Position numbers and translations under genes: made by a program | In this document: in pieces, positions 47,343 through 58,200 of the stretch | Numbering within the stretch: the stretch's first letter is position 1 | Layout: the number at the start of each line of letters is the position of its first letter | Source of the DNA: a virus | IMG/VR virus record: IMGVR_UViG_3300037961_006825 | Coordinates: 1-64,000 of that record | Length of the DNA: 64,000 nt | Strand: one strand, 5' to 3' | The notes under the pieces: model-generated | What the model saw: the letters and a program-made list of their open reading frames with translations, nothing else | The model's database searches: none | What the model was told of the DNA's origin: nothing

Positions 47343-48261
47343 AACATTAGATAATAGTAGGATAAGTAAGCATTTAGGTCAAACGTCTCAATATAAGAGT
47401 CAGTATGATCCTGAGTTATTGGTAAGAGAGCCTCGTAGTAATAATCGAGAATATTTGAATATATTTGATGATGATTTACCTTTCGTGGGATCAGATACGT
47501 GGAATGCATATGAGTGTTCGTTTCTTTTAGATAACGGATGCCCTGTAACTGGGATTGTAAAATGTGTGTATCCTTGTAGTAGTAAGTATATTGTTGAGAG
47601 TAAAAGTATTAAGTTATATTTTAATTCCTTTAATATGACTAAAATAGCTGCTGATAGAGATGTAGCTATTAGTTCTTTTGAAAATACTGCAAGTAAAGAT
47701 TTAAGTAAGTTACTAGAGACTGAAGTTAAGGTATCATTTCAAGACGGGGCTCGTGTAAATAATACTTATAATAGTCCTAATGGTGCTTGGGATATAGATC
47801 AATATATAAACGTAGATCATTTAGAAGATCAAAAAGATTATATTTATAATCAGTATACTGAAGACCCGAGCTTATTAGAAGGAATAACTCGTCAAAGAGA
47901 TCTAAAGCAATATTTTTATTCCGGGTTGCTTAAAAGTAACTGTCGTGTAACTTCTCAACCTGATTGGGGTGATGTATTTATATACATTAAATCTAAGTAT
48001 GCTATTGATGCGCATAGCATTAAAAAGTATATTGTATCTTATAGAGATGAGTGTCATTTTCATGAAGAGATCTGCGAATGTTTTTATAAACGTTTAAAAG
48101 ATGCATTTGATCCTTCTGAACTTTTAGTTATGTGTTTATACGCTCGTAGAGGTGGTATTGATATTAACCCTGTAAGAGCGTCGAATCAAGATCTAATTGA
48201 TGAATTTGCTGGTAGTTTAGTCGATCCAGATGTAGTTCATATTAAAACTTCTAAACAATAA
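47332..48261 (+). CDS. queF: NADPH-dependent preQ0 reductase, bimodular
   Basis: WNAYE, VESKSIKLYFNSF, SNCRVTSQPDWG, FHEEICE, YARRGGIDINP. Confidence 0.93.
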   Translation: MANKTLDNSRISKHLGQTSQYKSQYDPELLVREPRSNNREYLNIFDDDLPFVGSDTWNAYECSFLLDNGCPVTGIVKCVYPCSSKYIVESKSIKLYFNSFNMTKIAADRDVAISSFENTASKDLSKLLETEVKVSFQDGARVNNTYNSPNGAWDIDQYINVDHLEDQKDYIYNQYTEDPSLLEGITRQRDLKQYFYSGLLKSNCRVTSQPDWGDVFIYIKSKYAIDAHSIKKYIVSYRDECHFHEEICECFYKRLKDAFDPSELLVMCLYARRGGIDINPVRASNQDLIDEFAGSLVDPDVVHIKTSKQ

Positions 48262-48266
48262 TATAT

Positions 48267-48443
48267 ATGTCAAAAAAAATATTGCAAGGCCGTACACAAT
48301 ATAAAGGTGTTGGTAAATTATATGGTCGTAGTTCTGGAGAAATGGTCTTCAACGAACATGTAGGTTACAAAGTAACACCTAAGCTTAACCAAGCTATCAA
48401 TAAAAATTTGCAAAAAAAGAGCCTCAACTCTAAAAAGAGCTGA
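48267..48443 (+). CDS. 58-aa basic protein (not in ORF track)
   Basis: MSKKILQGRTQYKGVGKLYGRSSGEMVFNEHVGYKVTPK..; follows queF. Confidence 0.5.
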   Translation: MSKKILQGRTQYKGVGKLYGRSSGEMVFNEHVGYKVTPKLNQAINKNLQKKSLNSKKS

Positions 48444-48449
48444 GACTCT
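48412..48449 (-). terminator. intrinsic terminator after gp23
   Basis: AGAGTCTCAGCTC/GAGTTGAGGCTCT stem with G-U pairs plus T run. Confidence 0.85.
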
Positions 48450-48471
48450 ACGCAAATGTATAAGAACGAAC

Positions 48472-50001
48472 TTATGCAAAATACACGCTGTTTGTACCAG
48501 GTGTGAATGCAGATCCGAGTCCTGTACAAATGATTACGTGGTAGTAAAGGTTAGCACCAAAGATATTATCAACGACGCCATAACGAGTAAGCAAGCCTAC
48601 TCTAGGAGCGAAGTCGTTAGGACCAATTGTGCGTTGTACCATTACAGGAATGTAAGGACAGTAGATAATACCAGTGTCATAGAACTCAGGTCCTTTGTAT
48701 CCTAATAGGATATATTCAGGAGCTGTAGAAGCTGCGGCACTGAAATCATTACCAATTGTTTGTCCTTCTGTTCTTGTATCACGATAAACATTGAAACGTC
48801 CACCAAGGTTACCGATCTTAGCAACACCTACTGGCTGTGTATTAACGTTACCTTGAACTGGTACCCACTGGAATTCAGGGAGCATTTCCAAGATAGCGCA
48901 AACACGTGGAGTAGCAACTAAGAAGTTAGCAGCACCACGTCTGTTTCTAACAGCAATACGGTTAGCTTCGACGATTACTCTTTGATATAAGTCTCTGTTA
49001 CGCTCAACAATCCAACGTCCGTCAGCAGAAGCAGGTGACCAGATAGAATATCCAGTACCTTTTTGTGCATTAAGAGCAGTTTGAATCATACGGATCAACA
49101 TTTCACGATCGATCTCAGCCTGAATTTCATATGACATAGCATTTGTTAACTCAGTATCGATATCGATTCCGTTCATGTTTTTAAGATCCTGTTCTAATTC
49201 AACTGACCATCTAGCGCCTAAGCGTCTAGTACCGGCTTCTACAGCAGTCTTCTCAAACGAAACTTCCATTGTAGGAATTTTGTTTGTGATTTCGAAGTTC
49301 TTTAGAAGTGCTGCAACACCCTTATCGTTAGCATCGATTGTAAAATCATCGTTACCAGATAAGTATGTTGAAGTTTGTCCGGTATAACCAGTTACTAGCT
49401 CTTGGAAACCAGCTTCTTTAGCAGAAGCAGCGGTTGCAGCAGTGCTATCAGCACCGGAACCAGGGTTACCAGAAATTTGATCGCTATCGAAGCCATCAAC
49501 ACCAGTTCCACCTAAAGTTTCACCAGAGTAACGGTAACGTAATGCGAACGCTAGACCAACTGGTCCGGCCATTGGTTGAACACCAACAATCTCATTTGTA
49601 ATTAACTCGGGAAAAGTACGTCTAATCATTGGAATCAAGATCTTAGGCAGACGAGCGTCACCAGAAGCGTAAGTATCTTCGCCAGGTGTACCACCGACTG
49701 TTGCTCGATTGTTCCAAGAAGTTGCAGTATCACCTAAAGAACCAGTTTGTGAACCAGCACCATGTCCAGCTGCTACAGATGAACCACCAATATTACTCAC
49801 AGGAGTATAGTTAGGTCCAGCTTCTTTCAAACACCATGTCTCTTGGTTTTCCAAAAGCATAGCAGTGTTTAAACGTGTATGGCTGTCTTCGATAGGAGCA
49901 ACACTCTTTGAAGTGTAATCTAATACAGGAGCCCATTTCTCTAATAGTTGAGAAGCTCTTGATTCGTCAATATATGCCTGTGTAGGTCTAATTGAATTCA
50001 T
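48472..50001 (-). CDS. gp23: major capsid protein (T4 gp23-like)
   Basis: KWAP, LLENQE, GVQPM.GPVG, ELEQDLK..GID, EIDRE, GIIYCPYIP, TRYG. Confidence 0.96.
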   Translation of the reverse strand: MNSIRPTQAYIDESRASQLLEKWAPVLDYTSKSVAPIEDSHTRLNTAMLLENQETWCLKEAGPNYTPVSNIGGSSVAAGHGAGSQTGSLGDTATSWNNRATVGGTPGEDTYASGDARLPKILIPMIRRTFPELITNEIVGVQPMAGPVGLAFALRYRYSGETLGGTGVDGFDSDQISGNPGSGADSTAATAASAKEAGFQELVTGYTGQTSTYLSGNDDFTIDANDKGVAALLKNFEITNKIPTMEVSFEKTAVEAGTRRLGARWSVELEQDLKNMNGIDIDTELTNAMSYEIQAEIDREMLIRMIQTALNAQKGTGYSIWSPASADGRWIVERNRDLYQRVIVEANRIAVRNRRGAANFLVATPRVCAILEMLPEFQWVPVQGNVNTQPVGVAKIGNLGGRFNVYRDTRTEGQTIGNDFSAAASTAPEYILLGYKGPEFYDTGIIYCPYIPVMVQRTIGPNDFAPRVGLLTRYGVVDNIFGANLYYHVIICTGLGSAFTPGTNSVYFA

Positions 50002-50078
50002 GATAGATTTTTTCCTTTTGTTTTATCGACCCCAAGGGATTTTATTCCCAGGTAACTTAGAATGAAATTCTCAACTAA

Positions 50079-50936
50079 TTAGTATTTGGAAAGTTCATCA
50101 AGATATGGACTATTAGGCTTAGGTTGCTCTGCTGTAGCACTTTCATATACTACATCAACCTTTTCCATATCACTGTAAGCTTCTTCTTTCAAAGTCTCGA
50201 GCCTATCGCTTTCTTTCTTCTTAAAGAGCTTAACCGTATAATCAAAGTTTTCATTGATAAACGATGCACTCTTTCCTTTAAATGCTTTCTCAACAAACTT
50301 CTTAGCTTTACTATCAAGTTTAGCTGATTTACTTTCAATTAAGTATTGAGCTTTTGTTTGCTCTAATTCTTTTTTGATTTTAGCATTCTCTTCTACGACA
50401 GACTCAAGCTTTTCATTAGCTTCATTTATTTGCTTATGACCATCTACAACAGCTTCTTTAATGCTTTCTTTTTCTAAAGCACTATCAACTGCTAAATGAC
50501 TTCTAAGACTTTCTAATACCTTAACTGCTTTTGTATTCTTTACTGCTTCTTGAACACTTTCAGAAGGTACGGTTTCTTCTAGATAAACATCTAGATAATC
50601 GGAAATTGATTCAACTAAGCTTTGTTTAAAGCTTGCAGCATCATCATTTAATGCTGTTTCATATTTTTCAATTACAAGTTTTAATTTTTCAGCTCTATCA
50701 CTATCTAAAGCTTCAACCACTCTTTCTAATTTTTCTGTATGATCACTATCGATCTTTTCTATTAATTGTTCTAGCTTTGTTGAATAAAGTTCATCTTGAT
50801 CCTGTAAAGCTTTCTCCACGTGAATTTCAACTCTATCATTTACTTTAGCTTCGAAAACTTTTTCAATTTCAGATAGAACTTCTTCATTCAACGCTCCGTT
50901 AGTGGCTTCTCCTAGTATTGTTTTGATATCACTCAT
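50079..50936 (-). CDS. gp22: prohead scaffold protein (gp22-like)
   Basis: Acidic coiled coil, VFEAKV, DYLDVY; directly upstream of gp23. Confidence 0.82.
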   Translation of the reverse strand: MSDIKTILGEATNGALNEEVLSEIEKVFEAKVNDRVEIHVEKALQDQDELYSTKLEQLIEKIDSDHTEKLERVVEALDSDRAEKLKLVIEKYETALNDDAASFKQSLVESISDYLDVYLEETVPSESVQEAVKNTKAVKVLESLRSHLAVDSALEKESIKEAVVDGHKQINEANEKLESVVEENAKIKKELEQTKAQYLIESKSAKLDSKAKKFVEKAFKGKSASFINENFDYTVKLFKKKESDRLETLKEEAYSDMEKVDVVYESATAEQPKPNSPYLDELSKY

Positions 50937-50938
50937 AA

Positions 50939-51091
50939 TTAAAAAATCTTTATATTATTATTTATAATCTTCTGCTCTATTTTCTTGTTAACTGCATCAG
51001 ATAAAGCAGCAGAAGCTGTTGCGTAGTCTCTTTTTTGTACATTTGATATAAATTTACTAATAGTTTTTTCTAAATTTGCAACTTTTTTCAT
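50939..51091 (-). CDS. 50-aa prohead core-like protein (gp67-like position), not in ORF track
   Basis: MKKVANLEKTISKFISNVQKRDYATASAALSDAVNKKIEQKII..; TAATG coupled to gp21. Confidence 0.55.
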   Translation of the reverse strand: MKKVANLEKTISKFISNVQKRDYATASAALSDAVNKKIEQKIINNNIKIF

Positions 51092-51759
51092 TATAATCCT
51101 TTAATAAATTTAATAATATTTTGTTTTAAATAATCATCTACATCTCTACCTGGTAGAGAAGTTAATGATTTCTCGAAATTATCATACGCTTCTTCAAATT
51201 GACCATACTTGTTAACAACGTACTGTTTACTTTCTAATATACCATTTACAAATGCTTTAGGAAATGATGGGTCTGCAACGCAGTCAATTGCTACTAATTT
51301 AAAGTCTTTAACTCTATTAACACCATCTTGACCTGATTCGGGTATCAATTGACCTAATGCTCTAGAACTCATACCTACTCTCACACCATCATTAATTAAA
51401 CTTCTTACGATTAAACCTGTTGGTGTAGATAGAACTTTACTTTTACCATAAAAAACATTACCGTCTTGAGACATTTCTGTAACTAAATGACATGCTCTTT
51501 CTAAATCAACGTCAGCAGTAGTAGGATGATTTAATTCTCCCATCGCGCGTCCTGTTTTAACCATTAGATTTTCATAACGTTTTACTTCACGTTGCATTTC
51601 TTCTAAAGGATATATTCTTTTATTACGATTTACACCTTCGGCCATCATATAAGGACCTTTAATATAAAAGTTTTTAGAGTCTTTACTATTGCCTTCTTCT
51701 ACAATATATTCAAACTCTTCTTTAGGAGCTGGTGTTTCGACTATTAAATTTAAACCCAT
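51091..51759 (-). CDS. gp21: prohead protease (gp21-like)
   Basis: NRNKRIY, GELNHP, GMSSRALG, DCVADPS; TATAAATA at 51768-51775. Confidence 0.95.
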   Translation of the reverse strand: MGLNLIVETPAPKEEFEYIVEEGNSKDSKNFYIKGPYMMAEGVNRNKRIYPLEEMQREVKRYENLMVKTGRAMGELNHPTTADVDLERACHLVTEMSQDGNVFYGKSKVLSTPTGLIVRSLINDGVRVGMSSRALGQLIPESGQDGVNRVKDFKLVAIDCVADPSFPKAFVNGILESKQYVVNKYGQFEEAYDNFEKSLTSLPGRDVDDYLKQNIIKFIKGL

Positions 51760-51820
51760 GTTATTAATATTTATATTATTTATTACTTTTTAACAGGAAC
51801 TCAACGATATTATATTTTTA

Positions 51821-54241
51821 CTATGCATCTTTAATTTGTAGGTTACCTATTGATTTAAAGTCTCCGTCTTCTGACATTACCATATATCTGACTTTTAGAT
51901 AATAAACATCAGCACTAGTATTAGATGATATATTTACACTTGTTCTAAGAGCTAAAGCTCTATTACTATGAATTCTAGTTTGTGTATCCGGACCTTGATT
52001 TCTGTTATATAGCCAATCTCCATCTATAAGAGCAACTACTCTAGGTAATGATGTTAATTGAGAAAAAGTACCTGTTGTATCACTACTTGCAAATGTACCA
52101 ATTGAAATAGCTGCCTGACCGCTACCAGCCCATGAAACTCTAGTACCTCCGCTTTGAGATTTATAAACTTGTATTGAAACCGGTACAATGTATTTATTAG
52201 CACCGGGTGATGCTACTAGAATAACTGGATTTGTATTTTTATTAACAAGTCCTGCACCGGAAAGAGCAAAAGTATCAATTCTCATGTCTTCAACTATTTT
52301 ACCAGCGGTACCTACACCTAGACTAAATGCAGCTCCATTTACTGATCCTTCCTTACCGAAGAAGTTACCAGCTCCATAAGCACCCATCTTAACAAATGCA
52401 TTACCAGTAGAGGTACCATCATCAACAAATAAATTACCTCCACCGACGTTCAATCTATTACTTTTAATTATATCCTTAGCAGACATGTCATCAGTTGAGG
52501 TAAACCCGGTTGCTTTAACATTACCAGCGACTTCTAACATTTCACTTGGTGTTTTATCTCCAATACCAACACGCCCGGTATCTCCTTTAATGGTTACACG
52601 TTCGACAGGCCCATTATTGACATCTCCAGTAGCTAGTTGAATATCACCATGAGTATCATTACCACCAACAGAATTTAAAAAAAGATCATTTCCTTGCTGA
52701 TAAAATTGACCTGTACGCGGACCATCGCTACCATCAGAAAAATTTGATGAAAAGAAGCCTGAACCATTATCAACATCACCTTTTAAAGTTACACCAGCAC
52801 CGGTTTGAGTGGTTTCAAAACCGATAAATCCAGTACTAGTTATTTTTGAAGCTGATAAGTCTCCATTAGCTGATAAATTTCCAGTTACGTTAAATCCAGA
52901 TAATTCAAAACCTATATCTAAATTAGTTGATGATAATAATGTATTAGCAAGAATAGTATCTGCTTCCATTGTACCGGTAACAGTTAAGTCGCCATTCATA
53001 GTACCACCATTAGCATATTGCACTGCATTGGTACCACCACCAGAAGACATTTCAACATATCTTCTGAGACCTCTCATATCTTGAGAGAAATTTTCTGTAA
53101 CTTCTTTTATTAGCTCATCTTTAACTTGAGTTAATTCAACGTCTTGTATTTTTTCTTTTAATATAGTCTTATATTCAACAACCTCTTTATTATTAACAGC
53201 TGCTAATAATTTATTATATTCATCATTTTTCTTCTCTGATAATAATTTAAATTTTTCATTAAGCTTATTAAATTTATCATTAGAGTCTTCTAATATATCT
53301 TGAATTACTTTATTTTGTTTTTCTATCTTTTTATTATCTGCAACTTCTAAAAGAGTAATATTATTTTTTATTTCTTTTAATTCTTTGTTAGCTTCATTAA
53401 CTTTCTTTTTACTATCCTTTAAGAACTTTTCTTGTAAGTTTTCTAATAGTTTAGTTTCATTTGAAATATTATTAATATAATTTTCTACTAGTTCTGATAT
53501 TTCTGCATATTTACCTTCAACTACGTTGCTAATATTTTTAGATGTAAATTCTTTTAAACTTTTAACCTCGGTGATAAAATTGTCATACTTTTCATTTATT
53601 TCATTTGATAATTGTTTAGATCGTAATTGAATACTATCTTTATTTTCTTTATCTGTTTCTTTTAAAAACAATTGAAGCCTATCTTGTATATCATCTTTTA
53701 ACAATCTTAAATTTTTATCAAACTCTTCTTCTAAATGTTTTAACGTTTGATTCTTTTTTGTTTCTAATAAATCTATTTTTTCATTATAAATTTCATCATA
53801 CTTATCAAGTTTAATTTTTAATCTATCATCACTATATTTTTCTAATGTCTCTCCTAAAAAGTTTATCATTACATCAGATGTTTCGTTTTCTATTTTTTCA
53901 ATTAAAACTTGTTGATCCTCTTTAATAGTATTATCGGTAATTAAATTCTCTTGACTTTTTATTAAATGTAAATTAGTCTCGTTTATTTTAATATATGATT
54001 TATCACCATTAACTAGTACTGCATCAGTAACATATTTTTTACCTTTATATTTTAAATCGATATAAACTAGAGGGTCGCCATTAATTTCACCTACCTTCTC
54101 TAGTATTATTTTTTGGTCATTTAATGTACATTCAAATACATCTGAAAATGATTCTATTTTTTCACTTATTGAAATAACGTTTTGACTATCATTAGATAGT
54201 ATAAAATCAAATTCATTATTATTAATAATACATTTTTCCAT
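51821..54241 (-). CDS. coiled-coil plus fibre-like virion protein
   Basis: ~300 aa coiled coil, SSGGG hinge, GRVGIG..P..LEVAG fibre motif; TATAAATA at 54247-54254. Confidence 0.65.
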   Translation of the reverse strand: MEKCIINNNEFDFILSNDSQNVISISEKIESFSDVFECTLNDQKIILEKVGEINGDPLVYIDLKYKGKKYVTDAVLVNGDKSYIKINETNLHLIKSQENLITDNTIKEDQQVLIEKIENETSDVMINFLGETLEKYSDDRLKIKLDKYDEIYNEKIDLLETKKNQTLKHLEEEFDKNLRLLKDDIQDRLQLFLKETDKENKDSIQLRSKQLSNEINEKYDNFITEVKSLKEFTSKNISNVVEGKYAEISELVENYINNISNETKLLENLQEKFLKDSKKKVNEANKELKEIKNNITLLEVADNKKIEKQNKVIQDILEDSNDKFNKLNEKFKLLSEKKNDEYNKLLAAVNNKEVVEYKTILKEKIQDVELTQVKDELIKEVTENFSQDMRGLRRYVEMSSGGGTNAVQYANGGTMNGDLTVTGTMEADTILANTLLSSTNLDIGFELSGFNVTGNLSANGDLSASKITSTGFIGFETTQTGAGVTLKGDVDNGSGFFSSNFSDGSDGPRTGQFYQQGNDLFLNSVGGNDTHGDIQLATGDVNNGPVERVTIKGDTGRVGIGDKTPSEMLEVAGNVKATGFTSTDDMSAKDIIKSNRLNVGGGNLFVDDGTSTGNAFVKMGAYGAGNFFGKEGSVNGAAFSLGVGTAGKIVEDMRIDTFALSGAGLVNKNTNPVILVASPGANKYIVPVSIQVYKSQSGGTRVSWAGSGQAAISIGTFASSDTTGTFSQLTSLPRVVALIDGDWLYNRNQGPDTQTRIHSNRALALRTSVNISSNTSADVYYLKVRYMVMSEDGDFKSIGNLQIKDA

Positions 54242-54275
54242 AACAATATTTATAAACTAATAAAGTCTATTCAAA

Positions 54276-54728
54276 TTACTTCCATCTTATATTCAATTCT
54301 TTCTCAGTTAAAATGATAAATTTATAACCTTTTTTGGAAGCATATTTTTTAGCTGCTTCCCATTTAGCTATATTCTGCACATACATTTTTCTTTCATATA
54401 ATAGAGTAGTTTTTCTTGCATATTTTCGAGTTTTAGGTTTAACTGTTTGACTACTTGGTTTTATTTCAATTAAGAACTTAGTTTTTTTACCTTTTTTATC
54501 TCTAAAAATAATATAGTTATCAATAAGATATCTATGAACTTTATTATCTAAGGGGTTCAAATAAGGTATAATAACATTTTCACTACCCCATTTTAATATA
54601 TTATCGTTCTTATCAGCCCATCTAAAAAATTTTAACTCCCATCCAGATCTATATTGCGGTAGTTTAGTACCTATATACTTTTCTTTATTAACAGGTCTAT
54701 AATATCCTTGATGGAAATTTCCCTTCAT
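54276..54728 (-). CDS. gp4: head completion nuclease (gp4-like)
   Basis: YRP.N.EKY.G, YRSGWE, WGSE..IPY, IEIKP, KWEAA, LTE; start moved to Met31 of the track ORF. Confidence 0.9.
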   Translation of the reverse strand: MKGNFHQGYYRPVNKEKYIGTKLPQYRSGWELKFFRWADKNDNILKWGSENVIIPYLNPLDNKVHRYLIDNYIIFRDKKGKKTKFLIEIKPSSQTVKPKTRKYARKTTLLYERKMYVQNIAKWEAAKKYASKKGYKFIILTEKELNIRWK

Positions 54729-54773
54729 ATTAATATTTAAAGTGATATTTGTGGAAAATCTATAAATATTGAT

Positions 54774-55292
54774 ATGACGTTTGAAGAAAAAATTATTAAA
54801 AATAGTTCTATTAGACAAAAGAACTTAATGAGACCTGCTTTAATTGCAACTGAAAAACCAGATACAGGCGTAACTATTCTAAAGAAAGGTGCATATTACC
54901 TTATAAAAGACTCAGCTGATATTACGGTGAAGTATTTACCATTATTATGCTATGGTAGTTTTTCTGCACCTATAAGTGATTTGAAAGGAAAATTTACTCA
55001 AGCTGAAATTATTGACTTTGTAGGTAGAGCTAAAGAAGAAAGCTTTACTAATCAGTTACTCAATATTATATTAACTGATATAGGGTGTACTCAACCTATA
55101 ACACAAATAGTAGATGATGATAAAACTGATGAATTAGATTTATCATTTGATGATGATGAAGACGTATACGGTGATTACGAAACTGAAGAAGAAACATCAG
55201 TTACTACAACTACTACAACTACTGAAGTTATTGATATAGAAGATGCTAGTGTAGTTATTCAAAAGCTTATTGAAGTATTTGCAGCTAAATAA
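54774..55292 (+). CDS. hypothetical protein with acidic/Thr-rich C-terminus
   Basis: TATAAATA at 54761-54768. Confidence 0.65.
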   Translation: MTFEEKIIKNSSIRQKNLMRPALIATEKPDTGVTILKKGAYYLIKDSADITVKYLPLLCYGSFSAPISDLKGKFTQAEIIDFVGRAKEESFTNQLLNIILTDIGCTQPITQIVDDDKTDELDLSFDDDEDVYGDYETEEETSVTTTTTTTEVIDIEDASVVIQKLIEVFAAK

Positions 55293-58200
55293 TTAAACAC
55301 TTATCTTTAAAGTTGCACCATCTCTATATACCACTCCTGGTACACCTGGATCTGATGTTGGTAAGGCTGCTGCACTTAAGTATAACGTTTGAGCGTGTAA
55401 CATATTAGCTGATACCGATGTTATATGTTCACCTCCAGCAATAACCGTATTACAATGTTCACCACCACCTCCGCTGCCACTACCTAATATATTATTACAT
55501 TTACCACCTAATACAGCAGAACTATTAATATAGTCTTGTATACAATTTTTAAATCCACCTAATATAGTTGAATATGATGTATTACCATTACCTACACCTC
55601 TACCTATTGAACTGCAATATCCTCCTATAATAGAAGAATAATCAGACGCTTCTCCAAGGCAGTTAAATCCACCTGATGCAACTTGCCCTCTTGCAAGACA
55701 TGTTTGATTTTGTATACCACCTAATACTACATTATCTTGGCCATTAGCTGTATTAAATGAACCAGCTAGTACAGCATTGTTAAATCCAAACGTATTAATA
55801 TTATTAAATTCACCTGCTAATATAGCAGAGTTTTTAGATTCAATCGTATCAATCCGGTTAAAAAATCCTCCTAGAACTGTTGACCCTGACGATGCAACAA
55901 CATTACTTGAACCACCTACTATAACTGAATGATTTCCAAAAGCTGAATTGTCTTTACCGTTTATAACTACGTTAAAACTATCTCCTGCGCTTACACCGAC
56001 GATGTTATTTGAACCATTACCTATTAAACCACAATTACCTTTTACAGTATTATTAAATCCTCCTAATATAATACTATGCTCACCATTAGCAATACCTCTT
56101 TGACCTATAGTGTTTCCACGACCAGCTAAAATTGCTGAATCAGTAGCGCCATCAGTAATAATACCACTAATAGCATTAACAATAGTGCCATTAAATGCAC
56201 CTGATAAGATTTGATTACCTCTACCACCACCTATGAACGATCCAGATGCTGCAATATAATTTGTAAAACCTGCACCGATAATTGAGTCATTAACTACGTC
56301 TTGCCCTGGCCCATCTATTACACTATATATTTCATTTTTACATCCTACTAATATAGCATTGCTATTACCGCAAATTATATTACATTCACCACCGCCCATA
56401 AAGTTGAACGTGCCCATTTGATAAGTACCACCTGGTGGACATTTTATAGGTGTAATACAGTTTTTTAACCCTCCTGTAATAGTTGATTCGGTGGCCATTA
56501 TTTGATTTTGTTTACCACCTCCAATAAATGAATATTCTATATTACAATTATCACTGTTACATATTTTATTTGCAAAACCTCCACCAATAGTATTACCATA
56601 ATTTGATGTACAAGCACCATCCAATATTGTATTAGTTGATCCAATACAATTATCAAAACCACCACCTATAAAGCTAACATCACCGTAAATACAATTTCTT
56701 ATACCGGATGCGACTGTACTTGCACCGTTATAGCCTTTGACCATATTATTGTAACCTGATCCTATAAAGTTAAAGTGACCAGAACATATTTCATTACTAC
56801 AACCTGCTACTATGGCATTTCCAGTTGCTCTTGGAAATACTCCAATAAGACCTCGAGTACCACACATTATATTTCCAGTACCGCCGCCGATAAATGTATA
56901 ATCACCTCTAGAAGTATTATTAATACCACCTCCGATAAATGAATCTTGACCGCTTATACTATTACATTTACCACCTGCAATTGTTCCCCCACATGTATCA
57001 GGGCCACCAAATATAGTTCCACTTACCCCTGATATAATAGTACCGTCTGGGGCATCAACTACTCCACTTACCCCTCCTACAATTGTACCATCAGCACCTG
57101 CAGATGCAATAACATTAAATGTTCCTCCACCAATATTACCACCAGATGCATGGATTGTATTATTTTGACCGCCTACTATACTAGCTCCAGATTCTCCTCC
57201 TGATAACCCAGGGTATGCTGATACGTTTATAGTATTTGTATCTGAACCAACTACTAATTCACCACCTGATATAGTAGTTGAACCTGATGTACCGTCTCCC
57301 GAAACTACAACCGTTGCTGTTGTACCTGAAGGTGATGTTACTACAACAGTACCTGGATCTGTTAAATCTATACCTATATTAGCACTAGCAGTTCCTGAAG
57401 TACTATCTCCAAAACCTAAATTACCACCTGATAAAAATACATCATTACCACCGGTATTACCTCCTGAAACTATTACCGTATTAGAAGATATTGTAACGAA
57501 ATCAGTTTGTAAGGATCCTCCGGATAAAGTAACATTACCTATACCAGAATTACCTCCGCTAATAAACACATTATTAGATGAAATAGTAACTAAATCTGTC
57601 TGTAAAGAGCCTCCTGATAAAATTACATTACCAAAATCATTATTATTACCACCAGAAACAATAACTGTATTAGATGAAATCGTTACGTTATCTGTTTGCA
57701 ATGCACCACCTGATAAAACAACATTACCAAAATTATTTGTATTACCACCTGAAACAAAAATAGTGTTAGATGATACTGTTACGTTATCTGTTTGTAATGC
57801 CCCGCCCGATAAAACTACGTTACCTGCATTTGAAAACCCGTCTGCGCTAACTACTACACAAAATGAAGAAATAGTTACGCCATCTGTTTTTAATGCTCCG
57901 CCAGATAAAACTACATTACCAAAATCGTTTGTATTACCACCTGAAATAACAACAGTATTAGATGAAACTGTTACGTTATCTGTTTGTAAAGAGCCACCCG
58001 ACAGAACTACATTACCAAAATCGTTTGTATTGCCACCTGAAATAACAACAGTATTAGATGAAATCGTCACGTTATCAGTTTGTAGGGAGCCACCTGATAA
58101 AACTACATTACCAAAATCGTTTGTATTACCACCTGAAACGGTAACTGCCTCTGGTAATAAAGTAACTACACTTTGACCATTTGATAAACTAACGGAAACA

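Noticed and set aside
48472-50001. Raised GC in gp23 as a sign of horizontal transfer
   Set aside because: Better explained by amino-acid composition and high-expression codon bias in a core gene
50025-50060. Hairpin in the gp23 leader (GGGA/TCCC)
   Set aside because: Short stem, plausible stability element, but too weak to call a defined RNA
51795-51812. Sixth AGGAACT site
   Set aside because: Followed by GATATT rather than a -10 box, and points antisense into a gene end
1467-53084. Other short nested or antisense ORFs in the track (e.g. 1467, 4335, 12504, 19509, 20743, 21613, 22405, 28523, 45482, 49175, 52809)
   Set aside because: Overlap well-supported genes and show no motifs or expression signals
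57405-58176. CRISPR-like periodicity and antisense ORF 57763-58176
   Set aside because: In-frame coding repeat with synonymous variation and no unique spacers
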